Below are positions 9,841-18,455 of a stretch of 64,000 bases of DNA, in pieces (positions within the stretch are counted from its first letter, which is position 1; every line of letters begins with the position of its first letter). Below the pieces are notes generated by a model. It saw only the letters and a list, made by a program, of their open reading frames with translations, did no database searches and was not told where the DNA came from. The position numbers were made by a program, and so were the translations under genes. The stretch is taken from positions 666,923-730,922 of the forward strand of contig JAMLGZ010000001.1 of the NCBI GenBank assembly GCA_023957385.1. The letters run 5' to 3'. The DNA is from Brumimicrobium sp. Lineage in GTDB: Bacteria > Bacteroidota > Bacteroidia > Flavobacteriales_D > Crocinitomicaceae.

Positions 9841-11142
9841 ATGAAAACAAAAAAACTAATCGTAGGAATTTTTTCTACTATCATGATGGCGTTTAATGTG
9901 AACGCTGCAGACTTATGTGTAAGTGAATCTGGTTCAGGAGGATGTTACTCTTCAATCTCGGATGCCATAGCTGCTGCTGCAGATGGAGATAGAATATTAA
10001 TTCAACCTAAAACTGGAGGGGCTTCCTATACAGAAAATTTCATCATTAATAAATCTGTTCAATTATTGTCTAATACAGAAGGAGTTATGTGGGTAATGAC
10101 AGGGAATATTACTGTTACGCCTGCAATAGGAAGAAAAATTTCTATCTTACACATGAAAAACAATACTGGGTATATTGCCGCAACTGGAGCTAGTCCTGCA
10201 GGAGCGCGTTGTGAAGTCAATATTATGAATTGTGAGTTATTGGGTGGATATATTAATTTCAACTACGATTATTTTAATGCAAATATTATTTCTAATATAA
10301 TTAATAAGGGATATATAGCCATCCGATTTGGAAATGTGATCGGGAATGAAATTAAAAACACAACTGCTGGTCAAGGATTAAGTAATGGTAGTGGTTATTA
10401 TCTAAGTTGTATTACTGTTAATACTGATGGACTGGTATCGAATGATACACTTAACATTGTGGGGAATATGATGACAATTGATGCAGGAAATTACCCAAAT
10501 TTTATCTATTGGAATAATTCTTCCCAATTTTTTAATATTATGAATAATTATGGATACAATTCATCATCTCCATCAAATTATGATACTTACTATTTGACTA
10601 TTGCTGCCGCTAAAAACTCTGCTTTAACAACTAATAAGATTATTAATAATACGATTTACACTAGGATGTATTATGCAAATAGAGCACGTGGTATTTATTT
10701 TCCATTTAATAATTCAAGTTACCCAAATAGTAAATTTGATGTGCTAAATAATTTGTTACTAGGAGATGTGTCAAGTACAGTAATGATTTCGGATAATACC
10801 GGAACTAATACAATCTCCTGCTCCTATAATTATTTGAACAATGGAAGTGTAATTTATGGTATAACAGATGATGGCACTAATAATGCCAACTCAAATACAA
10901 CAATCAATACAACTACTGGTAAAATGAATATTGGTTCTGATGGTTTTAATGCAGGATATCCAGATTTTACTTATTATGATATAGATTTAACTCAGAATGA
11001 TGTGGGTTGTTATGGAGGTTCATTTACGTTAGATAACTTTTTCCCAATTACAGGTGCAGCTCGTGTATTCTTTGTAAATGCTCCAAGAACTATTCTGCAA
11101 AGTGGAACCTTAAACATCAAAGCAAATTCGTTTGACAGATAG
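9841..11142 (+). CDS. Secreted right-handed parallel beta-helix (pectin-lyase-like fold) protein with no T9SS CTD
   Basis: Sec signal ending VNA/ADL. The N-cap YSSISDAIAAAADGDRILI is typical of beta-helix proteins, followed by Asn/Ile-rich coils (NIISN, IVGN, IINN, VLNN) and a C-cap D-x-G-x-Y-G-G (NDVGCYGG). It ends in a short beta-rich tail with no YPNP. Confidence 0.8.
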   Translation: MKTKKLIVGIFSTIMMAFNVNAADLCVSESGSGGCYSSISDAIAAAADGDRILIQPKTGGASYTENFIINKSVQLLSNTEGVMWVMTGNITVTPAIGRKISILHMKNNTGYIAATGASPAGARCEVNIMNCELLGGYINFNYDYFNANIISNIINKGYIAIRFGNVIGNEIKNTTAGQGLSNGSGYYLSCITVNTDGLVSNDTLNIVGNMMTIDAGNYPNFIYWNNSSQFFNIMNNYGYNSSSPSNYDTYYLTIAAAKNSALTTNKIINNTIYTRMYYANRARGIYFPFNNSSYPNSKFDVLNNLLLGDVSSTVMISDNTGTNTISCSYNYLNNGSVIYGITDDGTNNANSNTTINTTTGKMNIGSDGFNAGYPDFTYYDIDLTQNDVGCYGGSFTLDNFFPITGAARVFFVNAPRTILQSGTLNIKANSFDR

Positions 11143-11186
11143 TATTCAAAAGAAAATTGAGAATTAATAAACTAAATCTTTTGAAT

Positions 11187-14100
11187 ATGAAACGATTGTT
11201 TAATCCATACTTTCTGCTGATGGTGCTATTTGTTATGGCTACCAGCTACGGATTTTCTCAGCGAAAACTCGTGGAAGCAGAGTATTTTATCGATGCTGAC
11301 CCAGGTGAAGGGAGTGGTATTTCGGTAATAGCAAGTGATGGAAATATAGACAATGCAGTTGAATCATTATTTAAAAATGGGATTTCTGTTGGAGCGGTCG
11401 GCTTACACACGTTTAACATTCGTGTAAAAGATGACCAAGGCGATTGGGGGCCTATTTTTAAGACTGTATTTTATGCAGCGTCTACACTTACTAAACGTAA
11501 TATCAAAGTCTCTCAGGCAGAATTGTTCTGGGATGCCGATCCAGGAGAAGGAAATGGTACAACTGTACTGGCTTTCGATGGGAATTTTAGTGATGCCGTC
11601 GAAGTACTTGCAGCTACTATTTATACACTTCCTTCAGTTGGAGTTCACACCATGAATATCCGTGTAAAGGATGTGCAAGGAACTTGGGGACCAATATTTA
11701 CTTCAGTCATAAATATTACCAATTCCATGGTAATACGAACTCCTAAAATAACTGTTGCTGAAATGTTCTTTGATAGTGACCCAGGAGAGGGGAATGGTAC
11801 TACAGTATTGGCTTATGATGGAAATTTCAACAATGCTATCGAAGCCTTAACTTCTACTATATTCACACTTCCAACAGTTGGTGTACACTCTATGGGTATC
11901 CGTGTGAAAGATGCGCAAGGAATCTGGGGTCCTGTTTTTACCACAGTGTTAAATATTACGAGTCCGCTTGTGAAACGTAATCCAAAAGTAACATTAGCTG
12001 AGTTATATTGGGATACTGATCCAGGAGAGGGTAGTGGTACTCCATTATTAGCTTTTGATGGTAATTTCAATGACGCTATTGAGGCCTTGACTGTATCTAA
12101 CCTGACTATTCCAGGAACAGGTATTCATACATTGAATGTTCGTGTGAGTGACGGTAGTAATTGGGGTCCTGTTTTTACCACATTGATGAATATTACATCT
12201 CCTTTGGTATTGAGAGACATAAAAATTACTGCCGGCGAATATTTTTGGGATACAGACCCAGGACAAGGTAATGGTTCACCGTTGTTAGCTTTTGATGGGA
12301 ATTTCAATGATGCAATTGAATCATTGTCAGAATCAGGAGGAAGCTTACCTGCTTATGGTGTTCATTTATTTAATGTTCGTGTCAAGGATGCTCAAAATAA
12401 TTGGGGCCCTGTTTTTAAAACGATTATTGATATAACTACGCCATTGGCTTTACGTGGAATTAAAGTGAAGAAAGCAGAGTTCTTCTTTGATAATGATCCA
12501 GGACAAGGTAACGGAAATCCTTTATTGGCATTTGATGGTAATTTTGATAATGTCATTGAAGACCTTCATCAGTCATGGGCATATATCCCTGATACAGGCT
12601 TACATGTTTTAAATGTGCGTGTAGAAGACTTTAATGGGAATTGGGGACCTACCTTTAAAACAGTAGTTAAAGTAGAGCCATGTTTAGCACATCCAACTAT
12701 TGCGATTACACCTAGTTCCACTCAGTTAATTTGTCCGGGTGATGAGGTGAATTTCTCAGCAGATGCTGGATTTTCGTCTTATACTTGGTTTAAGGGTGGA
12801 ACAATAGTAGGAACAGGTCAGACATTTGATGCTGATACTTCTGGTTTCTATCGTGTTTACGCTGTGGATAATGACGGTTGTGGTGTATTCTCAGACTTTA
12901 CTGAGGTAAAGATTAGCTATTATGATGCTTCAATTACGGCAAATGGTCCAACTACTTTCTGTCAAGGAGGTAATGTTGTGTTAACTGCTGCAAGTGGTGC
13001 TACTTCCTATTTATGGAACACAGGTGCTACTACTCAAGGTATTAATGTAGCTTCCTCAGGAACGTATGTAGTAACTGTTTCAAATGGAAATTGCTTAGGT
13101 ACAGATACGGTTAATGTAGTAGTAAATCCTAATCCAAGTACTCCTGTGATTACGGCTAATGGAGCTACTTCATTTTGTGCTGGAGGTGACGTAGATTTGA
13201 CTTGTATTACACCAGCAGCTGCTTATTCTTGGAGTACCAATGAATATACACAGACTATTACTGCTAGTAGTCAAGGTACATATACAGTTACCATATTTGA
13301 TGCAAATAATTGTAAGAGCACTTCTAGTATCAATGTTTCTATATTCCCTAACCCAATTTCAAGTGTTAGTGGTAACGTGAATATTTGTCAGGGAGATGAT
13401 GCGCAATTATTTGTAAATGGTGGTTCTTCTTATGTATGGTCGCCTGCAGTTGGTTTAAGTGATCCAACTATTTCAAATCCAATTGCTAATCCTTCTTCTT
13501 CTACACAATACAAAGTTGTGGTAACTGGAATAGGAGGATGTGTAGATTCGGCTACTGTAAATGTATTTGTGAATCCAGCTCCAATAGTGACAGCCTCTGT
13601 AAGTGCAACTACTTTATGTACAACAGAGTCTCTTCAACTATCTGCCTCTCCTAACGGAGCGACATCTTATGTGTGGACTGGCCCAGGAGGATATTACAGT
13701 ACGAGTCAGAATCCAATGATTCCTTCAGTAAATAGTTCACATAATGGAACGTTTTCGGTTACAGCTTACTATCCTTCTGGTTGTTATACAACTGGTTCAG
13801 TAAGTGTAACGGTAAATCCAGGACCAACAGCGTATGTTTCGGCTAACAAAACCGACTTCTGTGTGGGTGAGGATTTGAATCTTTCAGTGCTACCTAATGG
13901 AATGACTTATTCTTGGGTAGGACCAAATGGATTTATGAGTACAGATCAAAATCCAAGTATCACTGGTCTAGATGGTTCAAATGATGGAGCGTATGTCGTA
14001 ACAGTTGATAATGGATTGTGTAGTTCTACTGCAACTATTCAAATCAATGTGGCAGGTTCAATATCAGTTAATGCGAGTTCCAATCTAACTACTTTATGTA

Positions 14101-16433
14101 CAGGAAATACTTTACACTTAACTGCTTCTGCAAGTGGTGCAACAGTATTTAGTTGGACAGGTCCGAATGGATTTACAAGCTCTCAACAGAACCCTAGTTT
14201 TGTTACGAGTTCTGCGAGTCAAAGCGGTATTTATACTGTAGTAGCTTCCAATACTGCCGGATGTTCTGTATCTAGTAGTGTAAATGTAACGGTGAATCCT
14301 TCACCAACTGCATTTGCTTCTATTGGTAGTCCAACAATCTGCTCAGGAGAAGATATTGAATTATTTGCTTTGCCAAATGGTTTGAGTTATGCTTGGACAG
14401 GTCCGAATGGATTTACGAGTACAGATCAAAATCCAGTTATCCTAAATGCTACAGGAGCTAATCAAGGTTCTTATACATTGGTAGTGGATAATGGTTCTTG
14501 TAATGCTATTAGTTCAGTTTCCGTAATTGTAAACACATCACCAACCATTACTGCAGGTGTTAATTCATCAAATGTATGTGAGGGAAGTGTGTTAAGCTTT
14601 ACAGCAACTCCTAGTGGGGGTACATCTTACTTATGGACAGGTCCAAATGGATTTAATAGTTCTAATCAAAATCCGATTATTAATGCAACAAATGCAAATC
14701 ATAGCGGAAAATATGTGGTAACTGTTGAAAATTCATTTGGTTGTAAGGCAAAAGACTCTGTTACTGTAACAGTACATAATGCTATAGCTCCATCTATCTC
14801 AGCTAATTTCACAGATATCTGTGAAGGACAAACTTTAAGTTTAGTTGGATTGCCAAGTGGTATGTCATCTTATAGTTGGGTAGGTCCAAATGGTTATACA
14901 AGCAGTAGTCCTGCACCAAATATTACAGGAATTTTACCAACACAACAAGGTAAATATTTTGTAACCATGACTAATGGTATTTGTACTGCAACAGATTCTA
15001 TCCAGATTACAGTAAAAGCAACACCAACTATTTTTGCGACGGCAAATGATAATACGCTTTGTGAAGGAAGTGTATTGATTTTATCCGCTACAACGAATAG
15101 TGGAACTAGCTTTAGTTGGACAGGACCAAATAGTTTTGCTAGTTTGGATCAATATCCAAGTTTTGCTTCTGTTTCTATGGCAAATGCAGGTACTTATTCT
15201 GTTACAACGACACACCCAAATGGGTGTCAGGCAACAGATGATATTACCATTATCATTAGTCCAGTACCAAATGTTTCAATTTGGGCAAATAGCTTGACAC
15301 TTTGTGAAGATGAGACATTGAAATTGTATTCTGGACCAGATAGCATGTATTCGTATGATTGGACAGGACCAGATGGATACAATATATCTACTCAAAATCC
15401 ACAGTTGTCTAGCCTACAGTTTGCGCATCAAGGTATGTATGTAGTAACAGTTAGTGATAGTATTTGTAGTGCTTCAGATTCTCTTTATGTGACAATTAAG
15501 TCACTACCAGAGATTCATGCAACAGCGAATAACACTTTGTTATGTGAAGGAAGTGTATTGAATTTAAGTGCCAGTCCATCTGGAGCAGTTAGCTATGAAT
15601 GGAATGGACCAAATGCATTTAACGCAAATACACAAAACACTACATTAACAGCAGTGATACCAACAAATAGTGGTGATTATATTGTTACAGCATATAATTC
15701 AGATGGTTGTTATAACAGTGACACCATTGCTATTTCTGTGGTAAATGGAATTCAAGCAATTATCTCAACTGACGCTTCCGTTTGTGAAAAAACAGACATT
15801 GAATTGTTTGGTTTACCGAATGGTATGGTGAGTTACCAATGGTCAGGTCCGGATGGATTTACTAGTTCAGACCAAGACCCGATAATAGCTGCTGTAGGAA
15901 TGGCTGCAAATGGTATATACTCTTTGACAGTGTCTTCAGACGTATGTAGTTCTACAACAAACTATACCGTTACAGTGAAGCCAGCACCAAATACATCTGT
16001 CACTCAGATTGGTTCAGTATTAAATGCAGATTTAAATAATGCTAATTATCAATGGGTAAGCTGTGATAATGCATTTGAATCAATTGTTGGCGCAACAAGT
16101 CAAACATATACAGCAACTGAGAATGCAGATTTTGCGGTTATAATAGTATATGACGGTTGTGTAGATACTTCTGATTGTTATTCTATTACAGGATTAGGAT
16201 TAGAAGAGCTATCATTGGATGGTTGGGGTATTTATCCAAATCCAAACAATGGTACATTCTACATTACAGCCAATAAAGAAGCTGTTTTTGAATTACATGA
16301 TATGAATGGCAAACTCGTAGCTGTTTACGATGCAAAAACATATCCACAAGAGGTGAAACTAGAGGTGGAACCTGGAATGTATTTTGTGCGTGAAAAAGAA
16401 AGCGGGGAAACCAAGAAAGTAATCATTAAATAG
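11187..16433 (+). CDS. Large T9SS type-A cargo: six 80-aa DPGxGxG repeats, about 14-15 Ig-like stalk repeats and a CTD
   Basis: The ATG at 11187 gives a signal peptide (the track starts at TTG 11157). DPG motifs occur at 11298, 11538, 11778, 12018, 12255 and 12495. The stalk repeats carry C-x-G...Y-x-W-x-G-P. The CTD is WGIYPNPNNG...PGMYFV...KKVIIK. Confidence 0.92.
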   Translation: MKRLFNPYFLLMVLFVMATSYGFSQRKLVEAEYFIDADPGEGSGISVIASDGNIDNAVESLFKNGISVGAVGLHTFNIRVKDDQGDWGPIFKTVFYAASTLTKRNIKVSQAELFWDADPGEGNGTTVLAFDGNFSDAVEVLAATIYTLPSVGVHTMNIRVKDVQGTWGPIFTSVINITNSMVIRTPKITVAEMFFDSDPGEGNGTTVLAYDGNFNNAIEALTSTIFTLPTVGVHSMGIRVKDAQGIWGPVFTTVLNITSPLVKRNPKVTLAELYWDTDPGEGSGTPLLAFDGNFNDAIEALTVSNLTIPGTGIHTLNVRVSDGSNWGPVFTTLMNITSPLVLRDIKITAGEYFWDTDPGQGNGSPLLAFDGNFNDAIESLSESGGSLPAYGVHLFNVRVKDAQNNWGPVFKTIIDITTPLALRGIKVKKAEFFFDNDPGQGNGNPLLAFDGNFDNVIEDLHQSWAYIPDTGLHVLNVRVEDFNGNWGPTFKTVVKVEPCLAHPTIAITPSSTQLICPGDEVNFSADAGFSSYTWFKGGTIVGTGQTFDADTSGFYRVYAVDNDGCGVFSDFTEVKISYYDASITANGPTTFCQGGNVVLTAASGATSYLWNTGATTQGINVASSGTYVVTVSNGNCLGTDTVNVVVNPNPSTPVITANGATSFCAGGDVDLTCITPAAAYSWSTNEYTQTITASSQGTYTVTIFDANNCKSTSSINVSIFPNPISSVSGNVNICQGDDAQLFVNGGSSYVWSPAVGLSDPTISNPIANPSSSTQYKVVVTGIGGCVDSATVNVFVNPAPIVTASVSATTLCTTESLQLSASPNGATSYVWTGPGGYYSTSQNPMIPSVNSSHNGTFSVTAYYPSGCYTTGSVSVTVNPGPTAYVSANKTDFCVGEDLNLSVLPNGMTYSWVGPNGFMSTDQNPSITGLDGSNDGAYVVTVDNGLCSSTATIQINVAGSISVNASSNLTTLCTGNTLHLTASASGATVFSWTGPNGFTSSQQNPSFVTSSASQSGIYTVVASNTAGCSVSSSVNVTVNPSPTAFASIGSPTICSGEDIELFALPNGLSYAWTGPNGFTSTDQNPVILNATGANQGSYTLVVDNGSCNAISSVSVIVNTSPTITAGVNSSNVCEGSVLSFTATPSGGTSYLWTGPNGFNSSNQNPIINATNANHSGKYVVTVENSFGCKAKDSVTVTVHNAIAPSISANFTDICEGQTLSLVGLPSGMSSYSWVGPNGYTSSSPAPNITGILPTQQGKYFVTMTNGICTATDSIQITVKATPTIFATANDNTLCEGSVLILSATTNSGTSFSWTGPNSFASLDQYPSFASVSMANAGTYSVTTTHPNGCQATDDITIIISPVPNVSIWANSLTLCEDETLKLYSGPDSMYSYDWTGPDGYNISTQNPQLSSLQFAHQGMYVVTVSDSICSASDSLYVTIKSLPEIHATANNTLLCEGSVLNLSASPSGAVSYEWNGPNAFNANTQNTTLTAVIPTNSGDYIVTAYNSDGCYNSDTIAISVVNGIQAIISTDASVCEKTDIELFGLPNGMVSYQWSGPDGFTSSDQDPIIAAVGMAANGIYSLTVSSDVCSSTTNYTVTVKPAPNTSVTQIGSVLNADLNNANYQWVSCDNAFESIVGATSQTYTATENADFAVIIVYDGCVDTSDCYSITGLGLEELSLDGWGIYPNPNNGTFYITANKEAVFELHDMNGKLVAVYDAKTYPQEVKLEVEPGMYFVREKESGETKKVIIK
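11265..12680 (+). repeat. Six tandem coding repeats of about 240 bp
   Basis: DPG codon spacing is 240, 240, 240, 237, 240 bp. Consensus: AE(Y/L/M/F)x(W/F/I)DxDPG(E/Q)G(N/S)G..(L/I)(L/A)A(F/Y)DGN(F)xxA(I/V)E...G(L/V/I)Hxx(N/G)(I/V)RVxD...WGP(V/I/T)F(K/T)(T/S). Confidence 0.95.
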
Positions 16434-16452
16434 TCTTAAGTTTATCAATTAG

Positions 16453-16482
16453 AAAGCCGTCTCTAAAAGAGGCGGCTTTTTT
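16453..16482 (+). terminator. Rho-independent terminator after the T9SS cargo operon
   Basis: Stem AAAGCCGTCTCT / AGAGGCGGCTTT with an AAA loop, followed by a T-tract. Confidence 0.85.
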
Positions 16483-16516
16483 AATGGTAAATCTTTTCTA
16501 TCTTCTATTTCCTCCT

Positions 16517-16524
16517 TACCTTTG
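16517..16524 (+). promoter_or_regulatory. -7 element (TACCTTTG) directly before the DUF3109 start
   Basis: Consensus match ending 4 nt before the ATG at 16529. Confidence 0.6.
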
Positions 16525-16528
16525 CATC

Positions 16529-17113
16529 ATGTTAATACAAATTGGAGATAAAATAGTAACAGATGAGCTTTTCACACGAAAGTTCATGTGTGATTTGAAT
16601 AAATGTAAAGGTGCTTGCTGTGTAGAAGGAGAGGATGGAGCACCGGTAACAACAGATGAAATCAAAATCATAGAAGAGCTATTACCGAAAATAAAACCCT
16701 ATATGATTCCAGAAGGGATTGAGAAGGTAGAGAAAGATGGAGTGGCTCATGCTGATAAAGATGGTGATATGGTTACTAATCTCGTGAGTAATGGGGCATG
16801 TGCTTTTGTTTTTTATGATGAGAGAGGAATAGCTAAATGTGCTATTGAGAAAGCATATCGCAATGGAGATATTAATTGGAAAAAACCTATTTCATGTGAA
16901 CTTTTCCCTATTCGAGCCAAGAAGTTCCCTGAATTTACTGCCTTGAATTATGAAGAAATTGACATATGTAAACCTGGCTGTATTTTGGGCGAAAAGATGA
17001 ATATCCCTTTATACCAATTCTTAAAAGATGCTATCATACGTGCTTATGGAGAAGAATTCTATCAGGAGTTAGATAAAGTATTCCTAGAAATTCAAAAAGA
17101 AGAGAACGAATAA
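16529..17113 (+). CDS. DUF3109 family Cys-rich protein
   Basis: F-x-C-D-L-x-x-C-K-G-A-C-C-V-E-G, CAIEKAY and KPISCELFPIR motifs. Start moved from 16484 (which overlaps the terminator and promoter) to ATG 16529. Confidence 0.85.
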   Translation: MLIQIGDKIVTDELFTRKFMCDLNKCKGACCVEGEDGAPVTTDEIKIIEELLPKIKPYMIPEGIEKVEKDGVAHADKDGDMVTNLVSNGACAFVFYDERGIAKCAIEKAYRNGDINWKKPISCELFPIRAKKFPEFTALNYEEIDICKPGCILGEKMNIPLYQFLKDAIIRAYGEEFYQELDKVFLEIQKEENE

Positions 17114-17956
17114 ATGATTCCAAAAATTTATAGTAACAACTGGGCCGATTATGAACTGATCGATGCTGGATTTAATAAAAAACTAGAGCGTTGGGGCAAA
17201 GTAATTACCATTCGCCCTGAATTACAGGCATATTTCCCCCCAGCTTTATCTGCTAAAGAGTGGAAAGAGAAGGCTCATCTTGAATTTATTGAGAAAAGTT
17301 CAACTAATGGAGAATGGAAATTGCTCAAATCTCTACCGACAGGTGATTGGAAAATTCACTTTCAAGGATTAAGTTTTTTACTTGAACGAACAAAATTTAA
17401 ACACGTTGGTCTTTTTCCGGAGCAAGCAACAAATTGGGAACTTATATCCGATTTCTTACAGCCTGGAATGAAGATGCTTAATCTTTTTGCATATACAGGA
17501 GCTGCTTCTGTTGTAGGTAGGAATACAGGAGCTGAAGTTACGCATGTAGATTCAGTTAAGCAGCTAATTACTTGGGCTAAGTATAATATGGAGGATTCAG
17601 GATTATCTGATATTCGTTGGATACATGAGGATGCTCTTAAATTTGCTCAGAAAGAAGAGAAGAGGGGAAATACCTATGATTTAATTGTTATGGATCCACC
17701 TGCTTGGGGAGTTGGAACAAAAAATGAAAAATGGAAACTCGAAGACCAATTGGAATTTTTGATTGAATCGGCAGCTATTCTTCTTAAACAAGATGGTTTG
17801 CTAATTTTAAATACCTACTCACCCAAAATTACATTAGAAGAAATTCAAGAATATGCTGAACCTTATTTTCGCAAAATTGAATTGGCAGAATTGTGGAAAA
17901 AAACTACTACGGGAAAAGAATTATTTTATGGCTTTTTGTTAAGGGCATATAAATAA
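17114..17956 (+). CDS. Class I SAM-dependent methyltransferase (RlmI/RlmK-like)
   Basis: LNLFAYTG motif I, HVDS, DPPAWG and the KHVGLFPEQ segment. Confidence 0.88.
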   Translation: MIPKIYSNNWADYELIDAGFNKKLERWGKVITIRPELQAYFPPALSAKEWKEKAHLEFIEKSSTNGEWKLLKSLPTGDWKIHFQGLSFLLERTKFKHVGLFPEQATNWELISDFLQPGMKMLNLFAYTGAASVVGRNTGAEVTHVDSVKQLITWAKYNMEDSGLSDIRWIHEDALKFAQKEEKRGNTYDLIVMDPPAWGVGTKNEKWKLEDQLEFLIESAAILLKQDGLLILNTYSPKITLEEIQEYAEPYFRKIELAELWKKTTTGKELFYGFLLRAYK

Positions 17957-17992
17957 AATTATATATTTACTCCACACTTTAAATTTAAAATT

Positions 17993-18451
17993 ATGATTTT
18001 TGATACTGCTACTGCATTCCTGATTGAACAAAGTATCACTGAATTAGGGGTTGATGCAGCTTTGTGTCGGGGAGATAAAGATGGTCAGTGGACACTAACG
18101 TACAAAGGCTCTACAGTCTATATTGATTTATTTTCTTTTCCAGAAAAGCCTAATCAATTTTATTTCCAAGTAATGAGTCCATTGATGAAAGTTCCCGATA
18201 GAAATAAAGAAGCAATTTATTTGAACCTTTTAACTATTAACTTTGAATTGTATGGTTGTTCTATTTGTGTAAAAGGAGAATGGATGTATATGATGAGTTT
18301 GCGTGAGGCTGATAATTTAGATAAGAGTGAGATTGATGCAACTATTGATCGTATAGCATTTTACTCAGCTGATTATTATAGTAAATTATTGTTCAAATAC
18401 GAGGGATCTTGGGATTCTAAGCCAACGGATTCAATGCCAAATAATAATTGA
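17993..18451 (+). CDS. YbjN-domain (CesT-like fold) protein
   Basis: 152 aa with the pattern W-x-L-x-x-x-G...LLTINF...R...LD..E...IDRIAFYSADYY. Confidence 0.65.
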   Translation: MIFDTATAFLIEQSITELGVDAALCRGDKDGQWTLTYKGSTVYIDLFSFPEKPNQFYFQVMSPLMKVPDRNKEAIYLNLLTINFELYGCSICVKGEWMYMMSLREADNLDKSEIDATIDRIAFYSADYYSKLLFKYEGSWDSKPTDSMPNNN

Positions 18452-18455
18452 TTTC

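Noticed and set aside
11100-11200. Beta-helix gene and large T9SS gene as one frameshifted gene
   Set aside because: The second ORF has its own complete signal peptide and an A-rich start context, so two genes are more plausible.
11265-12680. Repeat array as CRISPR or a diversity-generating template
   Set aside because: The repeats are in-frame coding units with synonymous divergence and no spacers. There are no cas or reverse transcriptase genes in the window.
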